Positions 1-8,985 of a DNA stretch of 64,000 nucleotides are shown one piece after another; the first letter of the stretch is position 1, and every line of letters begins with the position of its first letter. The DNA is from Candidatus Adlerbacteria bacterium (GTDB taxonomy: Bacteria > Patescibacteriota > Minisyncoccia > Phycocordibacterales > SBAW01). The notes beneath the pieces were generated by a model. That model did no database searches. It was not told the origin of the DNA and worked only from the letters and a program-made list of their open reading frames with translations. The DNA lies in NCBI GenBank assembly GCA_027451965.1, contig DAIDHJ010000001.1, positions 424,963 through 488,962 on the forward strand. The letters are read 5' to 3'. The position numbers and the translations under genes are program-made.

Positions 1-111
1 TACTTCTCTTTTGTCTCCATAGGCACCCAGAGCTTCTGGATACTCGTCGGCATCATGCTGCTGCTCGGGGTTATCTCGTTGCTTTACTTTAAGCGCCGAG
101 GGTGGTTGTAA
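1..111 (+). CDS. corA: 3' end of CorA-family Mg2+ transporter (partial)
   Basis: Frame 1 reads ...SFWILVGIMLLLGVISLLYFKRRGWL*: a terminal TM helix plus the typical CorA FKRxxWL tail. Confidence 0.7.
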   Translation, partial: YFSFVSIGTQSFWILVGIMLLLGVISLLYFKRRGWL

Positions 112-117
112 TGGACT

Positions 118-1560
118 ATGCGAAATACTTCCAGCAAGGCATTGTCTTCTTTACATTTCTATAACACTCTGTCCGGATCCGAAGAACTGTTCGAGCCGCT
201 TTCCCCCCCTCGAGTCAAGATGTATAACTGCGGCCCTACCGTGTACGACGAAGTGCATATCGGCAATCTACGAGCATACGTATTCGCCGATATGCTGCAC
301 CGTGTGCTCAGCGGCTGGGAATATGACGTGGAACAGGTCATCAACATAACGGATGTTGGGCATTTGACCGGAGACAATCTTGGCGATGCCGATACCGGAG
401 AAGATCGCATGGAAGCGAGTGCTCGCAAACAAGACAGATCGGCACAAGAGATCGCACAGGCCGTCACAGAGCGGTTTTTCGCTGACCTTGCGCTTTTGGG
501 TATCAATCGCGATCAGATCCGCTTCCCACGAGCCACCGAACACATTGCTGAACAAATCGCATTGGTGCAGACCTTGGAAGAAAAAGGATACACCTACACG
601 ACTTCCGATGGAGTCTATTTCGATACCACTAAATTCCCTGCTTATGGAAAATTAGGAAACATTGTGCTTTCAGGACAGAAAGAAGGCGCACGGGTAGAGG
701 AAAATCCAGAAAAGCACAGTCCGCATGACTTTGCGCTTTGGAAACTTTCAAAACCTGGGGAGCATCGGCAACAGGAATGGCCATCGCCGTGGGGCACAGG
801 ATTTCCTGGCTGGCACATTGAATGCACCGCCATGGTTTTTAAACTCCTTGGAAAACAGATTGATATTCATACGGGCGGCATCGATCATATTGCCATTCAC
901 CACAACAATGAGATTGCACAAGCAGAAGCGGCTACCGGAAAGCAGTTTGTAAAATACTGGATGCATGGCGCATTTATCACCATTGAAGGAAAGAAAATAT
1001 CTAAATCGCTCGGCAACACCATTTACCTGCGCAATATTATCGATCGAGGGTTCTCCCCTCGCGCACTGCGCTACTGGTTCCTGACCGGACATTACCGATC
1101 GCCCATGAACTTTACATGGGACGCAATCGAAGGATCTCATACTGCGCTCATGCGCCTCACGCGCAGCTTTATTGAAACCGCTTCATCCCGGTCCGGATTA
1201 CCCGACCCAGCATTCCTGCGTGATTTCTACGATGCACTTTCCCATGACCTTGATACGCCTCGAGCACTCGCACGTCTATGGGAACTTCTTAAAGACGATA
1301 CTATTCTCCCAGAGCAGAAGCATGCTTCACTCCTCGTGGCAGACCAATTTTTGGGACTCGGCCTTTCTGAACCTCGCTCTGCAACCGCTGTTTCTATTGC
1401 TTCGATTCCAGACGCAGTACAACAGCTCGTCGAAGCTCGTGAACAAGCCCGCCAGGAAAAGGATTTTTCCAAAGCAGATCAGCTACGCCAAGAGATACAG
1501 CGCTTGGGATACGAAGTGCACGATACCCCGGAAGGGCCAAAACTGGAGCCTCGGGCATAA
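118..1560 (+). CDS. cysS: Cysteine--tRNA ligase
   Basis: YNCGPTVY, HIGN, GFPGWHIEC, DIHTGGID, KISKS motifs. Confidence 0.98.
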   Translation: MRNTSSKALSSLHFYNTLSGSEELFEPLSPPRVKMYNCGPTVYDEVHIGNLRAYVFADMLHRVLSGWEYDVEQVINITDVGHLTGDNLGDADTGEDRMEASARKQDRSAQEIAQAVTERFFADLALLGINRDQIRFPRATEHIAEQIALVQTLEEKGYTYTTSDGVYFDTTKFPAYGKLGNIVLSGQKEGARVEENPEKHSPHDFALWKLSKPGEHRQQEWPSPWGTGFPGWHIECTAMVFKLLGKQIDIHTGGIDHIAIHHNNEIAQAEAATGKQFVKYWMHGAFITIEGKKISKSLGNTIYLRNIIDRGFSPRALRYWFLTGHYRSPMNFTWDAIEGSHTALMRLTRSFIETASSRSGLPDPAFLRDFYDALSHDLDTPRALARLWELLKDDTILPEQKHASLLVADQFLGLGLSEPRSATAVSIASIPDAVQQLVEAREQARQEKDFSKADQLRQEIQRLGYEVHDTPEGPKLEPRA

Positions 1561-1642
1561 TCCACTGTTTGTCCCCACAATCCCCTCAGAGGCCTGCTCA
1601 TAAGCGCTTTCCCCTCTTTTCTAAACAAGGTACTCTAACAGC

Positions 1643-3034
1643 ATGCCTGTTCGTAAAAAACTCGACAGTGATCTGCGAGTACCGCCTCAAGCTCCTGAAT
1701 CAGAGCGTGCGCTTTTAGGTGCGCTTATGATTCGTCCGGATGGCATGAATGAAGTGCTTGATCTTCTTGATCCGGATGCGTTCTACAGCGAAAAGCATCG
1801 CATTCTCTATCGAGCAATGCTCACACTCCTCAACAAGAACGAACCGATTGATGTCGAAAGCGTACGTGCTTTCCTCTCTGACAAGAAACAACTGGAAGCA
1901 ATCGGCGGTGTTTCCTACCTTGGAGAACTCGTCAGTGGTGTTGCCGCAGCAAGCAATGCACGCCATTACGCGCAGCAGGTTCAGAAGAAGTACATGCTGC
2001 GCCAACTTATTGATGCGGGCGAGTATGTGGCGGAATTAGGATTCGACGAAGGTGAAGAAATAGAGGAAACACTCGATAAGGCGGAGAAAAAAATCTATGA
2101 AGTGACCTCCACGCCTACTATGACTAAATTCACTCCCCTGCGAGAAAGCTTGAGTGAAGCATGGGAACGACTGGAGCGCCTCCATCAGCATAAAGACGAA
2201 TTGCGCGGCGTACGTACCGGTTTCCGCGATTTGGATGGATTACTCGCAGGACTGCAGAATTCAGATCTTATCATTCTTGCCGCTCGTCCCAGTATGGGAA
2301 AAACCGCACTTGCCCTCGATATTGCCCGCCAAAGCGCAGTCCAGCACCAGGTACCGGTAGGCATCTTTTCGCTTGAAATGAGCGCGCAGCAGCTCGTAGA
2401 CCGTATGGTGGCCGCAGAAGCCAAGGTGAATGCATGGAATTTGCGCATTGGGCGTATTTCCGGAGATGATGATTTTGCACGGATTCGCGACGCATATGAC
2501 CGTCTTTCGCAAGCTCCCATCTTTATCGACGATCAGCCAGGTAACGATATTCTCAAAATGCGTGCCGTAGCGCGCCGTCTAAAGAAGGAAAACGGATTGG
2601 GACTTCTGGTAGTCGACTACCTACAGCTCATGGCTCCCACCAATGCGCGTTCCAGCGATTCACTCGTCCAGCAGGTTACTGAAATCTCCCGTTCGCTCAA
2701 GCATCTTGCTCGAGAACTTGATGTGCCGGTACTCGCACTTTCGCAGCTCTCTCGCGCCGTAGAGCAGCGTCGCGGTAGACCGCGCCTGTCAGACCTTCGC
2801 GATTCAGGATCCATTGAACAGGATGCTGATGTCGTCATGTTCATCCACCGAGAAGACAAGATGAATGAGACGTCCGATCGTCCCAACATTGCGGAAGTGC
2901 TTATTGAAAAACACCGCAATGGCCCGGTGGGCAAAGTTGAATTGTATTTTGATGAAAAACGCACCACCTTCCTCTCGCTAGAAAAGGCCGATTTCGATGC
3001 CTATGAAAAAACTGTCTCCGAACCACCGTTTTAA
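1643..3034 (+). CDS. dnaB: Replicative DNA helicase
   Basis: AARPSMGKT, VDYLQL, LSQLSR, DLRDSGSIEQDAD, KHRNGP. Confidence 0.98.
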   Translation: MPVRKKLDSDLRVPPQAPESERALLGALMIRPDGMNEVLDLLDPDAFYSEKHRILYRAMLTLLNKNEPIDVESVRAFLSDKKQLEAIGGVSYLGELVSGVAAASNARHYAQQVQKKYMLRQLIDAGEYVAELGFDEGEEIEETLDKAEKKIYEVTSTPTMTKFTPLRESLSEAWERLERLHQHKDELRGVRTGFRDLDGLLAGLQNSDLIILAARPSMGKTALALDIARQSAVQHQVPVGIFSLEMSAQQLVDRMVAAEAKVNAWNLRIGRISGDDDFARIRDAYDRLSQAPIFIDDQPGNDILKMRAVARRLKKENGLGLLVVDYLQLMAPTNARSSDSLVQQVTEISRSLKHLARELDVPVLALSQLSRAVEQRRGRPRLSDLRDSGSIEQDADVVMFIHREDKMNETSDRPNIAEVLIEKHRNGPVGKVELYFDEKRTTFLSLEKADFDAYEKTVSEPPF

Positions 3035-3037
3035 TCC

Positions 3038-3658
3038 ATGGATCCTATAGAGAAACTCGCTTCCCTGTTTGAGCATTTTCCTGGCATCGGTCCACGCCAG
3101 GCAAACCGTTTCGTGCAATACCTTCTTGGACAAAAAAGTGCTTTTCGCACTGAACTTGCCAGCATGATCAAGGAACTGGGAGCTCATACCGGCCAATGCA
3201 CCAGCTGCTTCCGATGGTATGTAAAATCAACCCAAGACCACAAGCAATGTGGTATTTGTGCGAGCGCTTCGCGTGACAGAACACTGCTGTTCATCGTAGA
3301 AAAAGATTCTGATATTGCTAATGTTGAACGGAGCGGTTTTCAAGGAATCTACTTCGTGCTGGGCGGCACCATTCCTCTGGCAGCAGAGACACCTGAAAAA
3401 TATGTGCGCATACAGCCGCTCATAGAACATATAGAGAAGAGTGCGGCACAGCTCAAGGAAGTCATCCTCGGCCTTTCCGCTACAAAAGAAAGCGATCATA
3501 CTCGCCTCATTCTTACTGAAAAATTGCGCCCGCTTATCCAAAAATATGGAATAAGACTCTCTTCCCTAGGAAGGGGTCTATCAACAGGATCGGAACTAGA
3601 ATACGCCGATCCAGAAACCATTGCGTATGCCGTGCAGGCACGCAACGAAGCGGATTAG
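3038..3658 (+). CDS. recR: Recombination mediator RecR
   Basis: FPGIGPRQA HhH, C4 zinc finger, Toprim VE...YFVLGG, ELEYAD. Confidence 0.93.
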   Translation: MDPIEKLASLFEHFPGIGPRQANRFVQYLLGQKSAFRTELASMIKELGAHTGQCTSCFRWYVKSTQDHKQCGICASASRDRTLLFIVEKDSDIANVERSGFQGIYFVLGGTIPLAAETPEKYVRIQPLIEHIEKSAAQLKEVILGLSATKESDHTRLILTEKLRPLIQKYGIRLSSLGRGLSTGSELEYADPETIAYAVQARNEAD

Positions 3659-3981
3659 CCGAGCTTCGTGATCATCACCTCAAAGAAAGGCTGTCGGTGG
3701 CCACGTTTCTTGAAATAGTTGCTTTTCGCTTTGTATTTGATGACGACTACCTTCTTTGCACGCGCCACTTTCTTAATTTCTGCGCTTACCTTTGCACCGG
3801 CAATATAGGGTGTGCCGATAGTCGTATCATTGCCGTTATCGACGACCAATACCCTATCAAATACGATCGAGTCGCCTACCTTGTGATCCCCTTTGATTTT
3901 CTCAATCTTGAGGGTATCGCCTTCCGACACGAGATACTGCTTCCCGCCGGTCTCAATGATGGCAAACTCTTTTGTGGCCAT
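3655..3981 (-). CDS. rplU: 50S ribosomal protein L21
   Basis: AIIETGGKQY...KKRGHRQPF. Confidence 0.98.
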   Translation of the reverse strand: MATKEFAIIETGGKQYLVSEGDTLKIEKIKGDHKVGDSIVFDRVLVVDNGNDTTIGTPYIAGAKVSAEIKKVARAKKVVVIKYKAKSNYFKKRGHRQPFFEVMITKLG

Positions 3982-4038
3982 AATGCGAGGCAGTATAGCA
4001 ATACTATGTAAAAATGCAAGAAATACGGCCTAAAACGG

Positions 4039-5118
4039 CTATTCTTTACCTTCAAGCAGCGGCCGCTCCACCACTTCCAGCTCAATGCCGATAGAGTCGC
4101 TAGTAATGCGAAGAATGTCCTTATCGATCTGTTTAAACGCTTTCCCCGAGGATTCATAATTCCCAACTACCTTATTGAGCGAATCGCCGAGCTTGTTGTG
4201 ATACTCCTGATACGATTTGAGATGCTTGCCGAGTTCGGATACATTTTTGATAATGTCCTTTGCTTGCTCTTGAATCTTTACCCGCTGATTTCCGAACAGC
4301 ACCGTTTGCAGGTATGCAAGAAATGTCGTGGGAGAGACAATCACCACGTTCTTCTGCTTGTAAGCATACTCAATGAGATCCCGTGAATTGACACCAACAC
4401 CCACATCGCTGTTGAGCAGATCGTAGTAGATGCCTTCTGCAGGAATGAACATAAAGGCGAACGGGAGGGTTCCCTCTTCCGGACGGATATATTTTGCCGT
4501 TTCATCGATTCTCTTTTTCACATCTGACTTGAAATCTTTTCGGTACTGTTCAATGAGCTTCTCATCCACCGCATCAGTGAGACGGATATAGTTCTCGAGG
4601 GGAAATTTTGAATCGATGGGAATGAGTCCGTCTTGCGTTCGAATGATCATATCGACGATTTCTCCGTCCTTAAAGCGGTATTGCGGCTCATATTGTCCAG
4701 GCAAGACATTCGAGAGGATGAGTTCGAGAGAAGATTCACCGAGGTTGCCTCGCTGCTTCTGATTCTTGAGCACCTTCTCCAGATTCTGCAGCTGTTCAGC
4801 GATCGTAAAAACCTGTTTTGTCGATTCCTTTGTTTCCGTCACCCCTTTTGTTACCTCAATGAGCTGCTGGGATACCCGGTCGGTAATCTCGCTGATAAGC
4901 CGTTGCGATTGGTCAAACTGGGTGCGCATGGATTCAAAGACGCGCGTATTTCCTTCCCCCACCTTCTGTTCCATGGCACGGGTGAGTTCCTGCATCTGAT
5001 TCTGCAAAAGAAGCAGTCCTTGCGTATCTTCCTTCTCTTTTCCCCGTCGGGAAAGCACATAGAGGGTAGCAATATTGCCGAGTACCAGAAGCACCAAGAG
5101 TGCGATAAGCCATGACAT
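4039..5118 (-). CDS. rmuC: DNA recombination protein RmuC (start re-called at 5118; 5127 is an alternative)
   Basis: N-terminal TM anchor, coiled coil, RGNLGE, PIDSKFP, FMFIPAEG, VSPTT; TACCAT lies 7 nt before the ATG at 5118. Confidence 0.9.
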   Translation of the reverse strand: MSWLIALLVLLVLGNIATLYVLSRRGKEKEDTQGLLLLQNQMQELTRAMEQKVGEGNTRVFESMRTQFDQSQRLISEITDRVSQQLIEVTKGVTETKESTKQVFTIAEQLQNLEKVLKNQKQRGNLGESSLELILSNVLPGQYEPQYRFKDGEIVDMIIRTQDGLIPIDSKFPLENYIRLTDAVDEKLIEQYRKDFKSDVKKRIDETAKYIRPEEGTLPFAFMFIPAEGIYYDLLNSDVGVGVNSRDLIEYAYKQKNVVIVSPTTFLAYLQTVLFGNQRVKIQEQAKDIIKNVSELGKHLKSYQEYHNKLGDSLNKVVGNYESSGKAFKQIDKDILRITSDSIGIELEVVERPLLEGKE

Positions 5119-5163
5119 ATGGCTCATGGTAACACGGTGCCGTGTTTGATAAAATAAAAGAAT

Positions 5164-5616
5164 ATGACACACCAAGAACTCAAAGAAGCTGTTAAGACGG
5201 CTATGAAAAATCGAGAAGCGGAAAGACTTTCTGTGTTGCGAGGGCTTTTGTCTGCAGCAACTAACGAACTCATTACGAAAGGAAAAAAACCGGATGAAGA
5301 ACTTCCCGAGGAGGATATCACCGCACTCATACGCCGCGGCGCAAAACAACGGAAAGATTCGATAGAACAATTCGAGAAAGGAGGACGCCCTGATCTAGCG
5401 CAACAAGAAATACAGGAACTTTCCGTCTTGGAAGCTCTTCTTCCTCCACAGATGTCTGTCGAGGAAATAAAAGCTGTGGTGGAAGCAAAGGCAAAAGAAA
5501 TGGGTGTCACCGACAAATCAAAAGCTAATCAGCTTATGGGTATGGTCATGAAAGATCTCAAGGGAAAGGCAGATGGGACACTGGTCAAACAGGTAGTGGA
5601 GGAGCTGTTTACCTAG
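5164..5616 (+). CDS. GatB/YqeY domain protein
   Basis: AMKNRE, KQRKDSIEQFEKGGRPDL, LPPQMS, MGMVMKDLKGKADG. Confidence 0.93.
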   Translation: MTHQELKEAVKTAMKNREAERLSVLRGLLSAATNELITKGKKPDEELPEEDITALIRRGAKQRKDSIEQFEKGGRPDLAQQEIQELSVLEALLPPQMSVEEIKAVVEAKAKEMGVTDKSKANQLMGMVMKDLKGKADGTLVKQVVEELFT

Positions 5617-5693
5617 CATTGACTTTTTAATTTAAATGTGCTTTTCTATCTCTCAGAAGAGGGTCACCTCTTGCTACCTATAAGGAGGCAAAT

Positions 5694-6005
5694 GTGACAT
5701 ACAGACCGTATGTGTTTACACTTCAAGAAGCACAGAGTGCTATTGCACGAGCAAAAACTTCACTAGATCTCGATGCTGGGCTACTACTTCTCATGGCAAA
5801 TCGTCCAGAATGCCGTGGACGTCTTGATCGAGAATTAGTACTTACTATTTATAAGTTCGTAGAACGAGAACTTAAAGAGCGAGGGGTGAAGGAAGACCTT
5901 AGTATTCTTACCAGAGAATACCAAGGTCGAATCATCTCTATGAAAAAAACTCGAAGCAAAGCGCCAAAACAGTGCACATTTCCATATCAGCAGGGGCACA
6001 CCTAG
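5694..6005 (+). CDS. Orphan hypothetical protein
   Basis: TTGACT at 5619, SD AAGGAGG before GTG start, fills the intergenic gap. Confidence 0.6.
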   Translation: MTYRPYVFTLQEAQSAIARAKTSLDLDAGLLLLMANRPECRGRLDRELVLTIYKFVERELKERGVKEDLSILTREYQGRIISMKKTRSKAPKQCTFPYQQGHT

Positions 6006-6535
6006 TGTGTCCCTTTCTGTTTGGTATACAAAAACCGCCATGGTTTATGTATCCATTCATCTGCATATCGAATCCCTATGCGTGGTGTTTTCTGTATAAG
6101 ACGAGGAGGAACAATAACTCCCCTATCTTCAATCCATACACCTGTCTGCTTTCCGAGCATCTTTCCATTCACTTCTTTATCTATATGAAGTGCTTTTGTC
6201 AGACGAGCCGGACCTATAATTTCTTTAACTCCGCGAATCAGCACACCAGCAGGAAATCCCTCCTTACCGCAGACCAGGTTGAGCATCCAATGCATACCAT
6301 AGGTGTAATAAACATAGAGTGTGCCGGCTCGGGCAAACATGGGCGTGTTGCGTAGCGTTTTTCCACGGCTTGCATGCGATGCCTTATCCTGAAACCCATG
6401 ATAGGCTTCTGTTTCCGTAATCATATGTGCCACTTCTTTCCCTTCCCATACACGCACTAAAAACTTTCCGATCAGCTCCTGCGCAACCGTTGGTGTTGAT
6501 CGTTCAAAAAAAGCAGAAGGCACTATTTTTCTCAT
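6002..6535 (-). CDS. mpg: DNA-3-methyladenine glycosylase (MPG/AAG family)
   Basis: ITETEAY, DKASHA, YVYYTYGMH, VLIRG, GPARLT, TPRIGI, PWRF; start re-called at MRKIVP. Confidence 0.95.
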   Translation of the reverse strand: MRKIVPSAFFERSTPTVAQELIGKFLVRVWEGKEVAHMITETEAYHGFQDKASHASRGKTLRNTPMFARAGTLYVYYTYGMHWMLNLVCGKEGFPAGVLIRGVKEIIGPARLTKALHIDKEVNGKMLGKQTGVWIEDRGVIVPPRLIQKTPRIGIRYADEWIHKPWRFLYTKQKGTH

Positions 6536-6636
6536 ACGCCCTGATATCCTATCTTGAAATATGAGTGTAATAAAGTTATGAATCGATACGTCTACATGCA
6601 TGTGGTCGATTATTACCCTGCGTAACCTTACTAATT

Positions 6637-6987
6637 ATGGGAAATTTCTTTATCTCACTGCTCATTAGCGCACTGCTCGGTACGGGAGCGCTTGCATCTG
6701 CGCATATGCATAGCGATGCACAAGCAAGCACATCAGCACAAATAGCAAGCACTTCTGTGGCACATGAAGCGGAAATACATGCAAACGCGCATGCAGCATT
6801 CGGTCTTACGCATGTTCTGATGGGCCTCCTTCATTCCGATGAGGCAGTATCGGCAGATACCGATGCCACAAGCACACAGCCTGATGATACAAATACCGCT
6901 ACCCTCAATACCCGTGCACAGATGCACGGAATAGGAAACATCGAGGTACAGCATCAGACAGACGGAAACGTACATCTCGATTTCTAA
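6637..6987 (+). CDS. Secreted His/Ala/Thr-rich hypothetical protein
   Basis: Signal peptide-like N-terminus, downstream terminator. Confidence 0.65.
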   Translation: MGNFFISLLISALLGTGALASAHMHSDAQASTSAQIASTSVAHEAEIHANAHAAFGLTHVLMGLLHSDEAVSADTDATSTQPDDTNTATLNTRAQMHGIGNIEVQHQTDGNVHLDF

Positions 6988-7006
6988 TCTCTCTCGCTTC
7001 TCCAGT

Positions 7007-7034
7007 AAAAGACCATCCAAACGGATGGTCTTTT
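7007..7034. terminator. Intrinsic terminator (bidirectional type)
   Basis: AAAAGACCATCC-AAAC-GGATGGTCTTTT perfect inverted repeat. Confidence 0.85.
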
Positions 7035-7046
7035 ATGTGCCAGACA

Positions 7047-7074
7047 TTGACAAAGATACGATTATTTATAAAAT
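7047..7074 (+). promoter_or_regulatory. Sigma70 promoter
   Basis: TTGACA-16-TAAAAT. Confidence 0.7.
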
Positions 7075-7123
7075 TTTACCCGTTTTAACTCACAGTTCTT
7101 ACACACTGCACAAGGATTAATCA

Positions 7124-7489
7124 ATGCCTGCACAAAGGCTTCCGATGGAAGAGCCGAGAATAAAACTGGCAAACTTGCAGGAGTTTATGCTCCACGTTCC
7201 GATTCCCCTCGTCTACGACTTTGGAAATTTTCTTGCGAGCTACATTACCGCTCCAACGATCACGCCTGAAGAATTTCTTCTCATATGCGAAAATGCTTTC
7301 GAGGATCTCAAGGGTGGGATCAACCGCCACACAAACACACCTATTCGGCACAAATTGGTCGGATATCCACCTATGACATGGGGCTTGTTGCGTACAGAAC
7401 TCTCATATATCGCTGACGCTATATTCCCTTCTTGGTTTGCATCCCATGTCGCTGAACATGTACAAAAAATACAAGATCTGGGAAAATAA
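7124..7489 (+). CDS. Orphan hypothetical protein
   Basis: Own promoter, AAGGA SD, downstream hairpin plus U-tract. Confidence 0.7.
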   Translation: MPAQRLPMEEPRIKLANLQEFMLHVPIPLVYDFGNFLASYITAPTITPEEFLLICENAFEDLKGGINRHTNTPIRHKLVGYPPMTWGLLRTELSYIADAIFPSWFASHVAEHVQKIQDLGK

Positions 7490-7508
7490 TCCTGCGCCGA
7501 TTCATCAG

Positions 7509-7565
7509 ACCGTCCACTACAGAGACTGCCACACCAGTCTGAATGGTGAGGCGGTTTTCTGTTTT
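7509..7565 (+). terminator. Long interrupted hairpin terminator
   Basis: ACCGTC/GGCGGT, CACTA/TGGTG and AGACTG/CAGTCT stems followed by TTTCTGTTTT. Confidence 0.6.
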
Positions 7566-7578
7566 AACTAAGTACTCA

Positions 7579-7650
7579 TGACCCTACGGGGATTCGAACC
7601 CCGATTTACGCCGTGAGAGGGCGCTGTCCTAACCATTAGACGATAGGGCC
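7579..7650 (-). tRNA. tRNA-Glu(CTC), CCA not encoded
   Basis: GGCCCTA/TAGGGTC acceptor stem, anticodon loop CT-CTC-AC, GGTTCGAATCC T-arm. Confidence 0.97.
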
Positions 7651-7674
7651 AATATACGCCACGGTACACTATTT

Positions 7675-8982
7675 CTATCGCTTCTTCCACTCTTTCTCCT
7701 GCCGTACGAGCTCATCTTTTGCATATTCCGGATACGCCATAAGCATCTCGACGGTGCGTTCCATGCGCATCGATTGCGACCCTTTTATCAGTACGCAATC
7801 GCGGTCTGCAATCAAATGTTGCAATTCAGTTCCCGCAGTGCGTGCATCCTCATACTGCAAAATCGCTGTGTCTGGCAATCCTGCATCGAATGCCCCTTGC
7901 GCTATATCGCGCGCCCGGAAGCCTACTGTAGCAAGCAGGTCGACACATGTTGCAGCATACGTGCCTATTTTTCGATGTTCCGCAACCGAATAACGACCCA
8001 GCTCAAGCATATCTCCGAGCACGGCAATTGCTCTTCCTCCTATTTGCCGCTTCACGAACGCAAGCGTGTCCAGTGCAGCTGTTACCGCAGCAGGTGAAGA
8101 ATTGTACGTGTCGTCTATGAGAAGCGTTTCCTTGATGCCGCGCAGGATGTGCATGCGACCATGCGGCGGCATATACGACTGGAGTGCTTCTATGACACGG
8201 GCAATGTCCTTTCCTAATGTTTTTCCTACCGCCACTGCAGCAAGTAAGGAAAGATAGAGATGCGGCCCTACTGTTCCTAAAAGCGCAAGCGTGCGTGCCG
8301 GCTGCGCATCCACATGTATGTCTGCCTGCATGCCAATGATGGTATTGGGATCATGCGTATCCGATAGCAGCGCAAATCCGTCTGCCCACACTTCATTGTC
8401 AGCAGAGAGACCGAACATGCTCACCCGTACATCGCGTGCATGAGCCCTATCGGCAAGCGCGCGTGTGCGAGCATCGTCTCCATACAGTACGAGCGTCCCT
8501 CCAGGACGCACGGTCTGTATAAGTGATGCTTTTTCCTCTATTACCGCCTCCGGTGATGAAAAAAATTCTACATGGACCGGAATTTCCGGTAAGCGGGTGA
8601 TTACTGCGATATCAGTCGTCAACCAAGACGAGAGTGAACTGATGTCTCCAGGACGGTCTGCGCCAACCTCAAGCACCAACCACGCCGGATATTGCACACG
8701 GAACACAATGAGCAGAAGGCCGTCCAGGATATTTTGCAGCCATCCGAGCGGATTATGCCAGGCATTCGGCCGACCGAGAATAGTAAGCGGGATACCTAAT
8801 TCGCTATTAAAACTCTTTTCGCTTTTGCGCACCGACGTGTCGTAAGAAAGCGCGGTAGCAATAGCATCTTTGGTGGAAGTCTTGCCGACGCTGCCGGTTA
8901 CGGCGACAATGCGCGGTTTATATTTGCGCAACACTAAGCGTGCTTCTGCAGTGAGGAGAAATACAATGATGCGTTTCAACAT
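7675..8982 (-). CDS. murF: UDP-MurNAc-tripeptide--D-Ala-D-Ala ligase
   Basis: VTGSVGKTSTK, SFNSELG, IDDTYNSSP, GDMLELG, KGSQSMRME. Confidence 0.93.
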   Translation of the reverse strand: MLKRIIVFLLTAEARLVLRKYKPRIVAVTGSVGKTSTKDAIATALSYDTSVRKSEKSFNSELGIPLTILGRPNAWHNPLGWLQNILDGLLLIVFRVQYPAWLVLEVGADRPGDISSLSSWLTTDIAVITRLPEIPVHVEFFSSPEAVIEEKASLIQTVRPGGTLVLYGDDARTRALADRAHARDVRVSMFGLSADNEVWADGFALLSDTHDPNTIIGMQADIHVDAQPARTLALLGTVGPHLYLSLLAAVAVGKTLGKDIARVIEALQSYMPPHGRMHILRGIKETLLIDDTYNSSPAAVTAALDTLAFVKRQIGGRAIAVLGDMLELGRYSVAEHRKIGTYAATCVDLLATVGFRARDIAQGAFDAGLPDTAILQYEDARTAGTELQHLIADRDCVLIKGSQSMRMERTVEMLMAYPEYAKDELVRQEKEWKKR

Positions 8983-8985
8983 GGA

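Noticed and set aside
1558-1580. DnaA-box-like words before dnaB (possible oriC)
   Set aside because: 2-3 mismatches each, short intergenic gap, no box cluster or dnaA; a single 1-mismatch box at 41805 is also insufficient
5128-5370. N-terminal extension of the rmuC ORF
   Set aside because: Mostly antisense to the YqeY gene; the TM anchor and -10 box place the start at 5118/5127
5617-7578. Integrated element at tRNA-Glu
   Set aside because: Accessory-looking genes lie at its 3' side, but I found no att duplicate or recombinase remnant
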